A stretch of 64,000 bases of DNA from Gaiellaceae bacterium (GCA_036503495.1 DASXWV010000101.1:2023-66022), one strand, 5' to 3'. Shown: positions 1-9,466, counted from the first letter of the stretch. A program made the numbers and translations. Notes: a model not told the origin generated them from the sequence alone.

Positions 1-123
1 ACGACGACGGGCGGCGGCACGCGCAGCGGCGCGAGCGCGAGCACGACCGCGTGCGCGAGCGGGCGGAAGACGTGCTCGCACAGCACCTCGGTTCCGCGTC
101 TCGCCTTCTTCGACTGGGTGAAG

Positions 124-1233
124 CTAGACAAGCGCCCCTTCGCCGGCCTTGATCGCGTCGCGCGCCGCGTCGAGCTTGTCCCAGACGTTCCACAGCAGAA
201 AGCCGCGGGCGCGCCCGTCCTCGCCGAGATACGCGATCGTGCCCTTCCGGAACGGCTCCTCCCAGCTCTCGGACGTCTGCAGCCGCGAATCGACTTCGCC
301 GACGGCCTCGTAGCCGAGGTCGAACAGGTCGGAATAGAAGAACGGGATGTGGTCGTACGGCTGTCCGGCGCCCGCCATGTTGGCGCCGACCACCTTGCCG
401 TGCGTGTTCGCGTGATCCTCGTGCTCGACGCGGAAGCGCTTCCCGAGGATCGGGCTCGGATAGTTCGCGACGTCGCCGGCGGCGAACACGTCGTCGCGGC
501 CGTCGACGCGGCCGTACTCGTCGACGACGATGCCGTTGTCGACCGGCAGGCCGGCCGCCTCTGCGAGCTCCACGTTCGGCACGATCCCGAGCCCGGCGAC
601 CACGATGTCGGCATCGAGGTCGGCGACGTCGTCGACCGTGCCGCCCGCGTCGATCTCGATCCCCTTGTCGCGGTAGTACTGCGTGACGAAGTCGCCCAGG
701 TCACGCGGAAAGAGCCGGAAGCCGATCGTCGGCTCCGGGAAGATCATCGTCACCTTGGCGCCGTTGGCGACGAGCGCCGCCGCCATCTCGGACCCGATGA
801 ACCCGCCGCCGATCACGGTCACGCGCGTCCCGTCCGAGATTCGCGACTTGAGGCCGCGGAAGTCGTCGAGCGTGCGGAAGTAGACGACGTCGCCGTCGCC
901 GCCGCCCAGCCGGCGCGGTGAGCCGCCGGTCGCGAGCAGCACCTTCTCGAACTCGTACTCCTCGCCCTGGTCGTCGGTCGCGCGGTGCGCGTCGAGGTCG
1001 AGCGCGACGATCTTGCGGCCGAGGACGAGATCGGCCCCCTCGGTGTTCTTCCAGACAGAGGCCTCGTCGCCGCCCGCCCAGAGCTTCTTCGAGAGCGGCG
1101 GCCGCTTGTACGGGGCGTGCGCCTCTTCGCCGACGAGGACGATTCGGCCCTCGGCGTCGTGCTCGCGGATGCCCTGCACCGCGGCGTCGGCGGTCATGCC
1201 GCCGCCGACGATCAGATACGTGGTGGATTGCAT
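124..1233 (-). CDS. FAD/NAD(P)-binding pyridine nucleotide-disulfide oxidoreductase (ferredoxin-reductase/AIF-like)
   Basis: 369-aa ORF with two Rossmann dinucleotide motifs (IVGGGMTADAA, VIGGGFIGSEMAA) and an AAGDVA FAD motif. Composition is balanced, unlike the overlapping Arg/Ala-rich shadow ORFs. Confidence 0.9.
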   Translation of the reverse strand: MQSTTYLIVGGGMTADAAVQGIREHDAEGRIVLVGEEAHAPYKRPPLSKKLWAGGDEASVWKNTEGADLVLGRKIVALDLDAHRATDDQGEEYEFEKVLLATGGSPRRLGGGDGDVVYFRTLDDFRGLKSRISDGTRVTVIGGGFIGSEMAAALVANGAKVTMIFPEPTIGFRLFPRDLGDFVTQYYRDKGIEIDAGGTVDDVADLDADIVVAGLGIVPNVELAEAAGLPVDNGIVVDEYGRVDGRDDVFAAGDVANYPSPILGKRFRVEHEDHANTHGKVVGANMAGAGQPYDHIPFFYSDLFDLGYEAVGEVDSRLQTSESWEEPFRKGTIAYLGEDGRARGFLLWNVWDKLDAARDAIKAGEGALV

Positions 1234-1268
1234 AATCTCCTTAGCGTCGTGCGGAGCGGAATTCTTAC

Positions 1269-1511
1269 GTGAGCAGCACCGGCCCGGATTGGGACGAGGT
1301 CGACGGCGCGCTCGAGCGGACGTTCGAGCTGCCGACGTTCCCCGAAGCGATCGCGTTCGTCAACCGGCTTGCCGAGCTGGCGGAGCACGAGAACCATCAT
1401 CCCGATATCGCGGTCAGCTACCGCAAGGTGACCGTCCGCTGGACGACGCACTCGGCCGGCGGGATCACCGACCGCGACCGGGCGCTTGCCGCCCGCACCG
1501 ACACCATTTAA
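1269..1511 (+). CDS. 4a-hydroxytetrahydrobiopterin (pterin-4a-carbinolamine) dehydratase
   Basis: 80-aa ORF with a GTG start. It has the family signature 'F..AI.FVNRLAELAE..NHHPDI...Y..V.V.W.TH'. Confidence 0.85.
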   Translation: MSSTGPDWDEVDGALERTFELPTFPEAIAFVNRLAELAEHENHHPDIAVSYRKVTVRWTTHSAGGITDRDRALAARTDTI

Positions 1512-1662
1512 GCGCACCTTCCGGCAGATTTTTGCGGGGAATGTGTGAGCTCGTCCCCCCGAAAGGGGGACAGACCCGCGGCCGCGCCGCGGCTCTAATG
1601 CGGCTTACCCAACGACAGACGGCGGCCTCGGGCTGCCGACACGTGCCGACGGGCTTTCTCTC
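1512..1662 (+). promoter_or_regulatory. Candidate cyclic-di-AMP (ydaO/yuaA-type) riboswitch leader upstream of the NlpC/P60 hydrolase
   Basis: 150-nt structured leader with no ORF. It contains 'gcggggaa', 'cccccgaaaggggga' and 'cttacccaacgacagac...cctcg', which loosely resemble conserved ydaO segments. NlpC/P60 and Rpf cell-wall hydrolases are the classic actinobacterial ydaO-regulated genes. This was not verified with a covariance model. Confidence 0.3.
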
Positions 1663-2181
1663 ATGTCTCACTCGCTCAGAGTCTTTCTCGTGCTGTGCGC
1701 GCTCACGCTCTCGACGGCGTTCGCGCTGCTCCGCCCGCTCGGGGGGCGCGCCGCCGACACCCCGGCCCCGGTGTCGACGACCCAGCCGGCGCCCGTGCGG
1801 AAGCTGGCCGCGAACCTCGCCTTCGGCCGCCGCGTCGTCGGCTACGCCCGGCGGTTCCTCGGCGTCCGCTACGTCTACGGCGGCAGCTCGCCGCGGAGCG
1901 GCTTCGACTGCTCCGGGTTCGTCCGCTACGTCTACGCCCACTTCGGCGTCGCGCTGCCGCACTCGAGCTACGCGCAGTTCAACGACGGCCGGCGGGTCGC
2001 ACGCGGCTCGCTGCGCCCCGGCGACCTCCTCTTCTTCGACGGCCTCGGCCACGTCGGCATGTACGTCGGCAACGGCCGCTTCATCCACGCGCCGCACACC
2101 GGGACGCGGGTGCGGATCGAGAGGCTCGCCGGCTGGTACAGCGCACGCCTCGACGGCGCGCGCCGGATCAAGAACGCCTAG
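1663..2181 (+). CDS. Secreted NlpC/P60 (C40) peptidoglycan endopeptidase
   Basis: 172-aa ORF with an N-terminal signal peptide (VFLVLCALTLSTAFA). Catalytic Cys motif 'GFDCSGFVRYVY' and His motif 'GHVGMYVG...FIHAP'. Confidence 0.9.
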   Translation: MSHSLRVFLVLCALTLSTAFALLRPLGGRAADTPAPVSTTQPAPVRKLAANLAFGRRVVGYARRFLGVRYVYGGSSPRSGFDCSGFVRYVYAHFGVALPHSSYAQFNDGRRVARGSLRPGDLLFFDGLGHVGMYVGNGRFIHAPHTGTRVRIERLAGWYSARLDGARRIKNA

Positions 2182-2707
2182 CCCGGTACGCGCGAGTCTT
2201 CGTGCGGTTGCCGCAGACGGCCATCGAGCACCACACGGCCGACCGGTTCCGCGAGCGGTCGTAGAAGAGCCAGCGGCAGGTGTCGGCGCGGCAGGCCTTC
2301 AGCCGCGACCAGGTCCCGTCGGCCCGCGCGGTGTAGACGATGCCGACGAGCTCGGCGAGGGCACCCTGCACATCGCGCTGCAAGGGCGCCAGCTCGGCGG
2401 CTGAATCGTCGACGCGCACGACGAGCTCGGCCTCGAGCTCGACGTCGGTCGCGATCCCGTTGTTCGCGAGTGCGAGCGCCCTGATCCGGCCGCGGACGTC
2501 GTGCGCCGCCGCGAGCTCGCGGGCGCCGACCTGCGCGCCGGGATCGAGCAGGCCGAGGCGGACGAGGAGCGTGCGCAGCGCCTCGGGCGAGTGCAGGACC
2601 TCGCGGCCGTGCTCCTCGTCGATCGTGTTGGCGAACCGCTGGACGAGCTCGAGCCGTCCGGGCGCCGGCGGGTGCGGCTCGTAGTCGATCGACGCGACGG
2701 GCTCCAC
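2168..2707 (-). CDS. CGNR zinc-finger domain protein (ABATE + zf-CGNR)
   Basis: 179-aa ORF with the C-terminal motif 'C....C.WLFYD.SRN.S..WCSM.VCGNRTKTRAYR'. Confidence 0.85.
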   Translation of the reverse strand: MEPVASIDYEPHPPAPGRLELVQRFANTIDEEHGREVLHSPEALRTLLVRLGLLDPGAQVGARELAAAHDVRGRIRALALANNGIATDVELEAELVVRVDDSAAELAPLQRDVQGALAELVGIVYTARADGTWSRLKACRADTCRWLFYDRSRNRSAVWCSMAVCGNRTKTRAYRARRS

Positions 2708-2737
2708 AGCCCGACACTACCAAGCGGCTGAAGCCGG

Positions 2738-3157
2738 TTACTTGAGCTTGTCGGCCATCGCCGTCAGGAGCTTCCACGCGATCGCGGAGTTGCTCTCGAC
2801 GAGCGGCCGGAAGTCCCAGGGCGTCATCCCCCAGCAGACCATGTCCGTCTTGGCGGTGATCGTCGCCGTCCGGTCGGAGCCGGTCAGCAGCGCGATCTCG
2901 CCGAAGTAGTCGCCGGCGCCGATCGTGCCCCGCTCCTCGCCGGCGACGGAGACGTCGGCCTCGCCCTCCTCGACGATGAAGAAGCCGGCGCCGCCGGCGC
3001 CCTCCTGCGTCACCGTGTCGCCCGACGAGAAGCGGCGCTCGCGCATCTGCGCGGCGATCTCCTGCAGCTCGCGGTCGTCGAGGCCCGAGAAGAGCGGCAC
3101 CTGCTTCAGCACATCGGCGGACGCCCTGGCCACGGCGGAGTTATACACCGTTGCCAC
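2738..3157 (-). CDS. Cyclic-nucleotide-binding (cNMP) domain protein
   Basis: This is the C-terminal 139 codons of the 597-aa track ORF. The GTG start at 3157 was worked out by hand (VATVYNS...). cNMP motifs present: 'FFIVEEGE', 'GDYFGEIALL', 'RTATITA'. The rest of the track ORF is Arg/Asp-rich shadow. Confidence 0.8.
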   Translation of the reverse strand: MATVYNSAVARASADVLKQVPLFSGLDDRELQEIAAQMRERRFSSGDTVTQEGAGGAGFFIVEEGEADVSVAGEERGTIGAGDYFGEIALLTGSDRTATITAKTDMVCWGMTPWDFRPLVESNSAIAWKLLTAMADKLK

Positions 3158-3163
3158 GCGGCT

Positions 3164-3907
3164 GTGAGAAATCGGCAGGATACGCCGGTGCGCCTCACCG
3201 TCATCGGTTGCTCGCCCGCGTGGCCGAACGCGAGCGGAGCGCAATCCGGCTACCTCGTCGAGAGCGACGACGGCCGGTTGCTGCTCGACTGCGGCCCCGG
3301 TGTGCTCGCCCGGCTGCGCGCGAGCGACGGCGGCTGGCCGAGGGTCGATGCGGTCGCGATCACGCACTTTCACCTCGACCACTGGGGCGATCTCGTGCCC
3401 TGGGTCTTCGGCGCCGCGTTCGGCCCCGGTCGCAATGCGCCGAAGCCGGAGCTGTGGCTGCCGCCCGGCGGCAGCGATCGCCTCCGCGACTACGGCTCGC
3501 GCATGAGCTTCGCGGGCCAGATCGACGACGCGTTCGACGTCCGCGAGTACGGCGACGCGCCGTTCCGCGCGGCGGGGTTCGAGCTGACGCCCCACCGCCT
3601 CGAGCACTACTCCGAGCTGACGTACGGGCTGCGCGTCCGCAACCACAGCGGGACGCTCGCCTACAGCGGCGACACCGGCCCGAGCCCGGCGCTCGTCGAG
3701 CTGGCCCGCGACGCCGACCTCTTCCTCTGCGAGGCGACGCTGCGAGAGCCCGAACCGGCCGAGCGGGGTCATCTGACCGAGGACGAGGCGGTCGCCGCCC
3801 ATCGCCGCGCCGGCGCAAAACGGCTCGTCGTGATCCACCGCCCCGACGAGCTGCCGCTCTCGCCGGACGTCGAGCGCGCCGCCGACGGCGACGTGCTCGA
3901 GTTCTGA
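3164..3907 (+). CDS. MBL-fold metallo-hydrolase
   Basis: 247-aa ORF with the 'THFHLDHWGD' HxHxDH motif. The start may instead be the GTG at 3188 (VRLTVIG). Confidence 0.85.
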   Translation: MRNRQDTPVRLTVIGCSPAWPNASGAQSGYLVESDDGRLLLDCGPGVLARLRASDGGWPRVDAVAITHFHLDHWGDLVPWVFGAAFGPGRNAPKPELWLPPGGSDRLRDYGSRMSFAGQIDDAFDVREYGDAPFRAAGFELTPHRLEHYSELTYGLRVRNHSGTLAYSGDTGPSPALVELARDADLFLCEATLREPEPAERGHLTEDEAVAAHRRAGAKRLVVIHRPDELPLSPDVERAADGDVLEF

Positions 3908-4696
3908 GTGCCCGACGGCGACGCGTTCCTGAAGCTCGACGAGCGCGGCACGATCGTCGACGCGAACGCCGCCGCCGCGGCGATCCTCGGCCGCGACCGC
4001 GACGAGCTGATCGGCGAGCCGCTCGCGGCGGTCGCGGGTGCCTCCGTCGTCATGGCCGAGTTCCTCCGCAACGCGGCCCACCAGCTGCGCACGCCGCTCG
4101 CCGGGATCACCGCCGCGGTCGAGACGCTGCAGGCGGGCGCGAAGAACCGCCCGGAGGACCGCGACCTCTTCCTGTCCCATATCCAGACGCACGCCGACCG
4201 GCTGACGCGGCTCGCGCGGGGGCTGCTCCTGCTGGCGCGTGCGCGGGCCGGCGAGTCCGTCCCCGTCGATGCCGTCGAGCTGCGGCCGCTGCTCGACCGG
4301 CTCGTCGCGGACGCCGAACCTCTCACCGGTGTCGACCTCCGCGTCGACTGCGCACCGGGCCTCGCCGCGCTTGCCACGCCCGACGTGTTGCAGGAGGCGC
4401 TCGCGGCGCTCGTCGCGAACGCCGTGGCGCACACGACGGAGGGCGCGATCCGGATCGGCGCGATCCGGGACGACGCACAGGTCGTCCTGACGGTCGCCGA
4501 CTCGGGGCCGGGCATCCCAGCCGAGTTCCACGCCCGCGTGTTCGAGCCGTTCTTCCGGTTGACGCCGACGGGCGAGGGCTACGGCCTCGGCCTCTCGATC
4601 GCCGCCGACTCCGTCAAGGCGCTCGGCGGCACGATCGACGTGTCGTCGCCTCCCGGCGGGGGCACGACCTTCACCGTGAGGCTTCCGTCGGCGTGA
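3908..4696 (+). CDS. Soluble sensor histidine kinase (short PAS-like N-terminus, then HisKA and HATPase_c)
   Basis: 262-aa ORF with H-box 'AHQLRTPLAG' and ATPase boxes 'NAVAHT', 'DSGPGIP', 'GYGLGLSI'. No TM segments. It begins directly after the MBL stop codon. Confidence 0.85.
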   Translation: MPDGDAFLKLDERGTIVDANAAAAAILGRDRDELIGEPLAAVAGASVVMAEFLRNAAHQLRTPLAGITAAVETLQAGAKNRPEDRDLFLSHIQTHADRLTRLARGLLLLARARAGESVPVDAVELRPLLDRLVADAEPLTGVDLRVDCAPGLAALATPDVLQEALAALVANAVAHTTEGAIRIGAIRDDAQVVLTVADSGPGIPAEFHARVFEPFFRLTPTGEGYGLGLSIAADSVKALGGTIDVSSPPGGGTTFTVRLPSA

Positions 4697-5379
4697 GCGG
4701 CAGGATCCTCGTCGTCGAGGACGAGCAGGCGATCAGCGACGCCGTGGCGTACGCGCTGCGCGAGGCGGGATTCGACGTCGACGCGGTCGACGACGGCGAC
4801 GAGGCGCTCGCCCGCGCGCGTTCGCGCGACTACGACCTGATGGTCCTCGACCTGCTGCTTCCCGGGACGCCGGGGGTCGAGGTCTGCACCGCGCTGCGCG
4901 GCGAGGACAGCGACCTGCCGATCGTCATGCTCACTGCCCGCGACGGCGAGGCGGACCGCGTCGCCGGGCTCGACATCGGCGCCGACGACTACGTGACGAA
5001 GCCGTTCTCGGTCGCCGAGCTCGTCAGCCGGGTGCGCAGCCTGCTCCGCCGGCGCGAGCTCAACCGCGCGGACGCGCCGACGCTGCGGACGGTCGGTGGA
5101 CTGCAGCTCCATGTCGGGCGCCACGCGGCGACGGTCGACGGGACGCCGGTCATGTTCACCCGCTCGGAGTTCCGGCTGCTCGAGCTGCTCTCGTCGCAGC
5201 CCGGCCGGCCGTTCACGCGCGACGAGCTCGTGCGCGAGATCTGGGAGGAGGACGCCGGCGGCGACCGCCGGGCGATCGACGTCCACGTCTCGAATCTCCG
5301 GCGTAAGCTCGAAGCCGACCCGCGCCGGCCGAAGCGGCTGTTGACCGTGCGCGGCGTCGGCTACAAGCTCGTTCCCTAG
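4693..5379 (+). CDS. OmpR-family response regulator
   Basis: GTG start overlaps the kinase stop (GTGA). Receiver motifs 'ILVVEDE', 'LMVLDLLLPG', 'MLTAR', 'DDYVTKPF', plus the winged-helix motif 'TVRGVGYKL'. The upstream 500 codons of the 742-aa track ORF are shadow sequence. Confidence 0.9.
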   Translation: MSGRILVVEDEQAISDAVAYALREAGFDVDAVDDGDEALARARSRDYDLMVLDLLLPGTPGVEVCTALRGEDSDLPIVMLTARDGEADRVAGLDIGADDYVTKPFSVAELVSRVRSLLRRRELNRADAPTLRTVGGLQLHVGRHAATVDGTPVMFTRSEFRLLELLSSQPGRPFTRDELVREIWEEDAGGDRRAIDVHVSNLRRKLEADPRRPKRLLTVRGVGYKLVP

Positions 5380-5954
5380 AACGGGACGAACGCGCGCTCC
5401 CCGACCAGGCGGTAGCCCTCGACCGACGGATGGTCGCCGTCGTTGGTCAGCGTCTCGCGCATCCGGCTCGGCCGCGATGGATCGGCAAGAACCTCGCTGA
5501 AGCGGAAGAGCGGCACGTCGTGGCCCTCGGCGATCGACCGGATCAAGCCGTTCAGCTTCTCGATGTCGGCGGCGGCACGGCTGTCGCCGTTGTTCCACGG
5601 CAGCACGTCGATGAGCGCGACGCGGAGGCCGGCGTGGCGGGCGCGGTGCATCATCCCCGCGAGATTCGCCGCGGCCTGCTCGACGGGGCGGCCTTGCACG
5701 ACGTCGTTGATGCCGCCCTGGACGACGACGGCCTCGGCACCGTCGATCGCCTGCTGGAACCGTTTTGCGATCTCGTCCGTGCGCTCGCCGTTCACGCCGT
5801 GATTGCGCAGGTCGAGGTCGCCGTGCATCCGCATCGCCCACCAGAGCCATTGGCTCCGCTCGTCGGGGTCGGTGATCTTCTTGCGCACGTCGGGGTCCGG
5901 GTCCCACAGCGGGGAGCCGGCGGTGATCGAGTCTCCGAGGCAGGCGATGATCAT
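5376..5954 (-). CDS. SGNH/GDSL hydrolase
   Basis: 192-aa protein from an internal ATG at 5954 (MIIACLGDSITAG). Block I GDS, block III 'GINDV', block V 'DGDHPS'. Confidence 0.85.
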   Translation of the reverse strand: MIIACLGDSITAGSPLWDPDPDVRKKITDPDERSQWLWWAMRMHGDLDLRNHGVNGERTDEIAKRFQQAIDGAEAVVVQGGINDVVQGRPVEQAAANLAGMMHRARHAGLRVALIDVLPWNNGDSRAAADIEKLNGLIRSIAEGHDVPLFRFSEVLADPSRPSRMRETLTNDGDHPSVEGYRLVGERAFVPF

Positions 5955-7009
5955 GGGAGCTTCAGCGGTCCGGCAGCGTAATACGCGCGGTCGCGTGCGT
6001 AGAAGTACCCGCCGTCTGTGGCTGCCGACGTCGTCCCGTCGGCGCCGCCGCCGAAGAGGAAGCCGACGTACCCGGCGGTCGCGTACGCGCGCAGGTGCCC
6101 GCGGCTGCCGGTTCCGAGCAGCCACTCGACGCGGTTGTCGCGGTAATGGCCCCACGTGTCGTCCAGGTGCATGTTGCCGAGCGGGATCTGCCACGCGACC
6201 AGCCGCAGCTTCGCCAGCTTGACGAAGGTCGCCCCGTACAGCAGATGGCGGTGGAAGTCGGCCACCGTGAACCACGTTTTCGCGTTGCCCTGCTGCTGTT
6301 CGTAGAAGCCGGCGTCGCGGTCGGAGAAGTCCTCGAACGCGACGTCGAATCGAGCGTGCAGCGCGCGGTAGAACGCGGCTGATTGCTCGGCGTACCGCTT
6401 GACGGTCGCATCGGGCGGGTCTTCGTACACGATGTCGTGCTTCGTTCCCCAGCCGCTCATGTGGTACGCGAGGAGGACGTTCGGCGCGTAGCGGTTGCGC
6501 AGCGCGATCCACCGCTGCGCGAACGCGCGGCCGACCGCGACCGCGTTCGCCTGCTCGAGGTAGCCCCAGAGGTCGGGCTCGACGTGGACGACGACCGTCT
6601 GCTTTCCCGCGACGCGCCGCAGCAGCAACGTCACGTCGCGCCAGTACGACTGCATCAGCTGCTCGTCGCGCAGGTGCCCGAGATCCGTCGCGGCCTCGTC
6701 GCCGAGGCTCGGCGACGACTGCAGCAGCATGTAGTAGGTGAGCACCGGGATCTCGCCGTGCGCCCACGAGTCGCGCACGTACGTCGACGCGAACGTCCCG
6801 TTCGGATTCCACGTCGACCAGCCGTCGCCGGTGTTGACGCCGCCGGCGAGGTACTGGTAGCGGAAGCCGAGCTTCGCGGGCGCGTGCGTGGTGGGGCTCT
6901 CGGTGAGACCGATCTGCAGCCTGTGCGGCCAGCCGTGCGGAAGCGGCGGCAGCGCCAGCGCTGCGAGCGACGCTACGAGTGCGGCTTGAGGTCGACGACG
7001 AGCTCGCAA
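5951..7009 (-). CDS. Secreted hypothetical protein, possibly glycoside-hydrolase-like
   Basis: 352-aa ORF with balanced, aromatic-rich composition and a signal-like N-terminus (AALVASLAALALPP). ATGA overlap with the SGNH gene. The family is not recognised with confidence. The start is uncertain because the ORF overlaps the XRE gene by 37 nt. Confidence 0.6.
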   Translation of the reverse strand: MRARRRPQAALVASLAALALPPLPHGWPHRLQIGLTESPTTHAPAKLGFRYQYLAGGVNTGDGWSTWNPNGTFASTYVRDSWAHGEIPVLTYYMLLQSSPSLGDEAATDLGHLRDEQLMQSYWRDVTLLLRRVAGKQTVVVHVEPDLWGYLEQANAVAVGRAFAQRWIALRNRYAPNVLLAYHMSGWGTKHDIVYEDPPDATVKRYAEQSAAFYRALHARFDVAFEDFSDRDAGFYEQQQGNAKTWFTVADFHRHLLYGATFVKLAKLRLVAWQIPLGNMHLDDTWGHYRDNRVEWLLGTGSRGHLRAYATAGYVGFLFGGGADGTTSAATDGGYFYARDRAYYAAGPLKLP

Positions 7010-7260
7010 TCCAGCGCCTCGGCGATCCGCAGGAGCGTGTCGATCCGCGGCGGACGGCCGCCACGCTCGAGGCGGGCGATCGCGGACTGCGTCGTCCCGC
7101 AGAGCTCGGCGAGCTCGCGCTGCGACATGTTCATCGCGACGCGACGGTCGGCCACCTTCTCGGCGATGTTGGCGAAGAACCAGCCGCGGTCGCCGGTGAC
7201 GATGCGCTCGTGCAGCCGCTCGAGCGGACGCTTGTCGATCGCCTTGGCGCGGGCTCCCAT
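6973..7260 (-). CDS. XRE-family HTH transcriptional regulator
   Basis: 95-aa ORF with the HTH_XRE core 'MSQRELAELCGTTQSAIARLERG.R.P...TLLRIAEAL'. Confidence 0.8.
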   Translation of the reverse strand: MGARAKAIDKRPLERLHERIVTGDRGWFFANIAEKVADRRVAMNMSQRELAELCGTTQSAIARLERGGRPPRIDTLLRIAEALDCELVVDLKPHS

Positions 7261-7264
7261 TCGC

Positions 7265-8062
7265 TCAGGATAGCGAAGTTGCTATGAGGCGCTCCTGCGT
7301 CGGCGCAACCTCGTCCCCGACGCGCACGCGGCCGGGCACGACCACCGAGCCGTAGACGCCGAGCGGCAGCCGCTCCTTGCGGCCGTCCGGGCGGTAGCCG
7401 GCGAGCGCCCTCAGCGTGTCGACGGTCGGGACGCCCGTGTCCGGATCGTGCGTCGTGACGGCGCAGCGGCCGACGTCGCCGTGCACCTGGATCGTGGCCT
7501 CGCCGATCCGCACCTGCGTCCCCTGCCACTCGTCCTCCTCGTGCGCGCGCACGCCCTCGATCTCGAAGAGCATGCGGAAGCGGCGCCCGTCGAGGTCGTC
7601 GACGCCCACCTCCTCGGCGAGTCGTGCGATCGACTCGCGCGAGACGAGCGACGCCGTCCCGGCGTGCAGCCGATCGGGAGCGCCCTCCTCGGCCCAGAGC
7701 AGCGTCAGGCGCTCGCCCGCGTAGTCGGAGATCGCCTCCTCCCACGGCCCGAGGACACGGCGCGACACGAGGGGATAGCCGTACATCTCGACCTCGAAGG
7801 GCTGCTCGCCGAGCTCTACCGTCCCGGCGACGCGCGCGCCGTCGGGGAACGTCAGCTCGAGCGAGCGCGTCGTCTCGTCCCACTCCGGACGGATGCGGAC
7901 GAGCGGCCCGTTGCGCTTGTTGTTGTAGAGCCGCCGGTTCGCGTCGACGAGCCAGAAGCGGCGGTTGCCGACGACGCCGCGCGCGGTCAGCTCGACCTCG
8001 TCGGGGTGGAGCAGGCCGAGCGATTTCACCGGCGCGATCGAGATACGCGTGACGCGGGCCAC
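7265..8062 (-). CDS. MOSC domain-containing protein (N-terminal beta-barrel + MOSC)
   Basis: 265-aa ORF with 'ISIAPVKSLG' in the N-terminal barrel and the 'GRCAVTTHDPDTG' MOSC cysteine motif. Confidence 0.85.
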   Translation of the reverse strand: MARVTRISIAPVKSLGLLHPDEVELTARGVVGNRRFWLVDANRRLYNNKRNGPLVRIRPEWDETTRSLELTFPDGARVAGTVELGEQPFEVEMYGYPLVSRRVLGPWEEAISDYAGERLTLLWAEEGAPDRLHAGTASLVSRESIARLAEEVGVDDLDGRRFRMLFEIEGVRAHEEDEWQGTQVRIGEATIQVHGDVGRCAVTTHDPDTGVPTVDTLRALAGYRPDGRKERLPLGVYGSVVVPGRVRVGDEVAPTQERLIATSLS

Positions 8063-8075
8063 GCGCGGAGGGTAG

Positions 8076-8828
8076 CTATGCCGGCCCCTCGACTCTGGTC
8101 TCGCTGCGCCCCTTCGCGCCTTCGAGGTCGAAGATCCAGAAGTCGCGGCCGGTGACGTGCACCGCGACGTTGTAGACCGGGATCTTGCCGATGCAGCCCT
8201 CGAACGCCCCTGCGTGCGCGTGCCCGTGCAGCACGAGGTCGGCGCCGTACTCGGCGATCGGCGACGCGAGCCGCGTGCTGCCGAGCATCACGTGGATCCC
8301 CTCCGGCTCACCGGCGATCGTCGCCTCGACGGGCGCGTAGTGGAGGAGGACGATCCGCAGGTCGCAGTGGACGATCTCCTGCAGCCCCTTCGCTATCGCG
8401 TCGACGTCGGCGGTCGTCTCCGCATACACCTCGCGCAGCAGCGGCTCGCCGAAGTCGGGGAGGATCGAGCCGGGGAAGCCGCCGACGAAGCCCTTCGTGC
8501 CGACGACGCCGAGCTGGAGCCCGGCGATCTCGCAGCTGCGCCACGAGCGGTCGAGGACGCGGACGCCGACTTCCTCGAGCACGGCGCGAATGTCGTCCGC
8601 GCGGCCGGCGTGGTAGTCGTGGTTCCCGAGCACGGTGAAGACGGGGATCTGCAGGTCGCGGCAGGCGTCGGCGAGGATCTCCGCCTGCTCCGGCTCACCG
8701 GTCGTCGTCAGGTCGCCGGCGAGGAGAATCACGTCGGCTTCGTCGGCGACGCGGTCGAAGGCGCTCAGCACGCGGTCGCGCGTCGCGTCCGACGCGTGGA
8801 TGTCGCCTGCGGCGGCAATGCGGATCAT
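8076..8828 (-). CDS. Calcineurin-like metallophosphoesterase
   Basis: Internal ATG at 8828 (MIRIAAAGDIH). Motifs 'GDIH', 'LAGDL', 'GNHDY', 'LHGHAH'. Confidence 0.8.
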   Translation of the reverse strand: MIRIAAAGDIHASDATRDRVLSAFDRVADEADVILLAGDLTTTGEPEQAEILADACRDLQIPVFTVLGNHDYHAGRADDIRAVLEEVGVRVLDRSWRSCEIAGLQLGVVGTKGFVGGFPGSILPDFGEPLLREVYAETTADVDAIAKGLQEIVHCDLRIVLLHYAPVEATIAGEPEGIHVMLGSTRLASPIAEYGADLVLHGHAHAGAFEGCIGKIPVYNVAVHVTGRDFWIFDLEGAKGRSETRVEGPA

Positions 8829-8872
8829 GCGTTCGATGTTGCACGCGACCGGGAATCGGAAACGGCGGGCCA

Positions 8873-9442
8873 ATGCCGGAGTCATCATTTCCCGAGCTGA
8901 TCGAGGCGATGAAGGCGGCCGCGGGGATCCTGAAGAACGCAGACATTCCCTTCATCCTCGGCGGCGGCCTGTCGGCGTGGGCGCGCGGCGGACCGCGCAG
9001 CGAGCACGACGTCGACTTCCTGATGAAGCCGGAGGACGCGGAAAAGGCACTGCAGGCGTTCGTCGACGCGGGCTGGGAGACGGAGAAGCCGCCGGAGGGC
9101 TGGCTCTACAAGACGTGGCACGAGAACGGCGCGCTCGTCGACCTGATCTTCAACCCCGCGAGCGGGCCGATCACCGACGAGGAGATCGAGCGCGCGCCGG
9201 TCGGCGAGGTGATGGCACTGCGCGTGAAGGTGTCGACGCTCGAGGACGTGCTCGTCTCGAAGCTGATGGCGATGCGCGAGCAGGAGCCCGACTTCGGCAG
9301 CGTGCTCGAGTGGGCGCGCGCGCTGCGCGAGCAGATCGACTGGAAGGAAGTCCGCGCGCGGACCGAGGCGTCACCGTTCGCGAAGGCGTTCTTCACCCTC
9401 GTCGAGGCGCTCGGCATCGTCGACGAGATTCCCGCGGCGTAA
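8873..9442 (+). CDS. Nucleotidyltransferase-fold family protein
   Basis: 189-aa ORF with plausible composition. 'GGGLSAWARGG.R...DVDFL' resembles a minimal nucleotidyltransferase (GS...D.D) fold. Family assignment is tentative. Confidence 0.55.
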   Translation: MPESSFPELIEAMKAAAGILKNADIPFILGGGLSAWARGGPRSEHDVDFLMKPEDAEKALQAFVDAGWETEKPPEGWLYKTWHENGALVDLIFNPASGPITDEEIERAPVGEVMALRVKVSTLEDVLVSKLMAMREQEPDFGSVLEWARALREQIDWKEVRARTEASPFAKAFFTLVEALGIVDEIPAA

Positions 9443-9466
9443 CGGTGTTGGCTCTTCGGGTTCTCG

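Noticed and set aside
1-123. Possible 5' end of a minus-strand gene running off the left edge (GTG at 86, VLCEHVFRPLAHAVVLALAPLRVPPPVV..).
   Set aside because: Only about 28 codons are visible, with no RBS and no motif. It cannot be told apart from a shadow frame.
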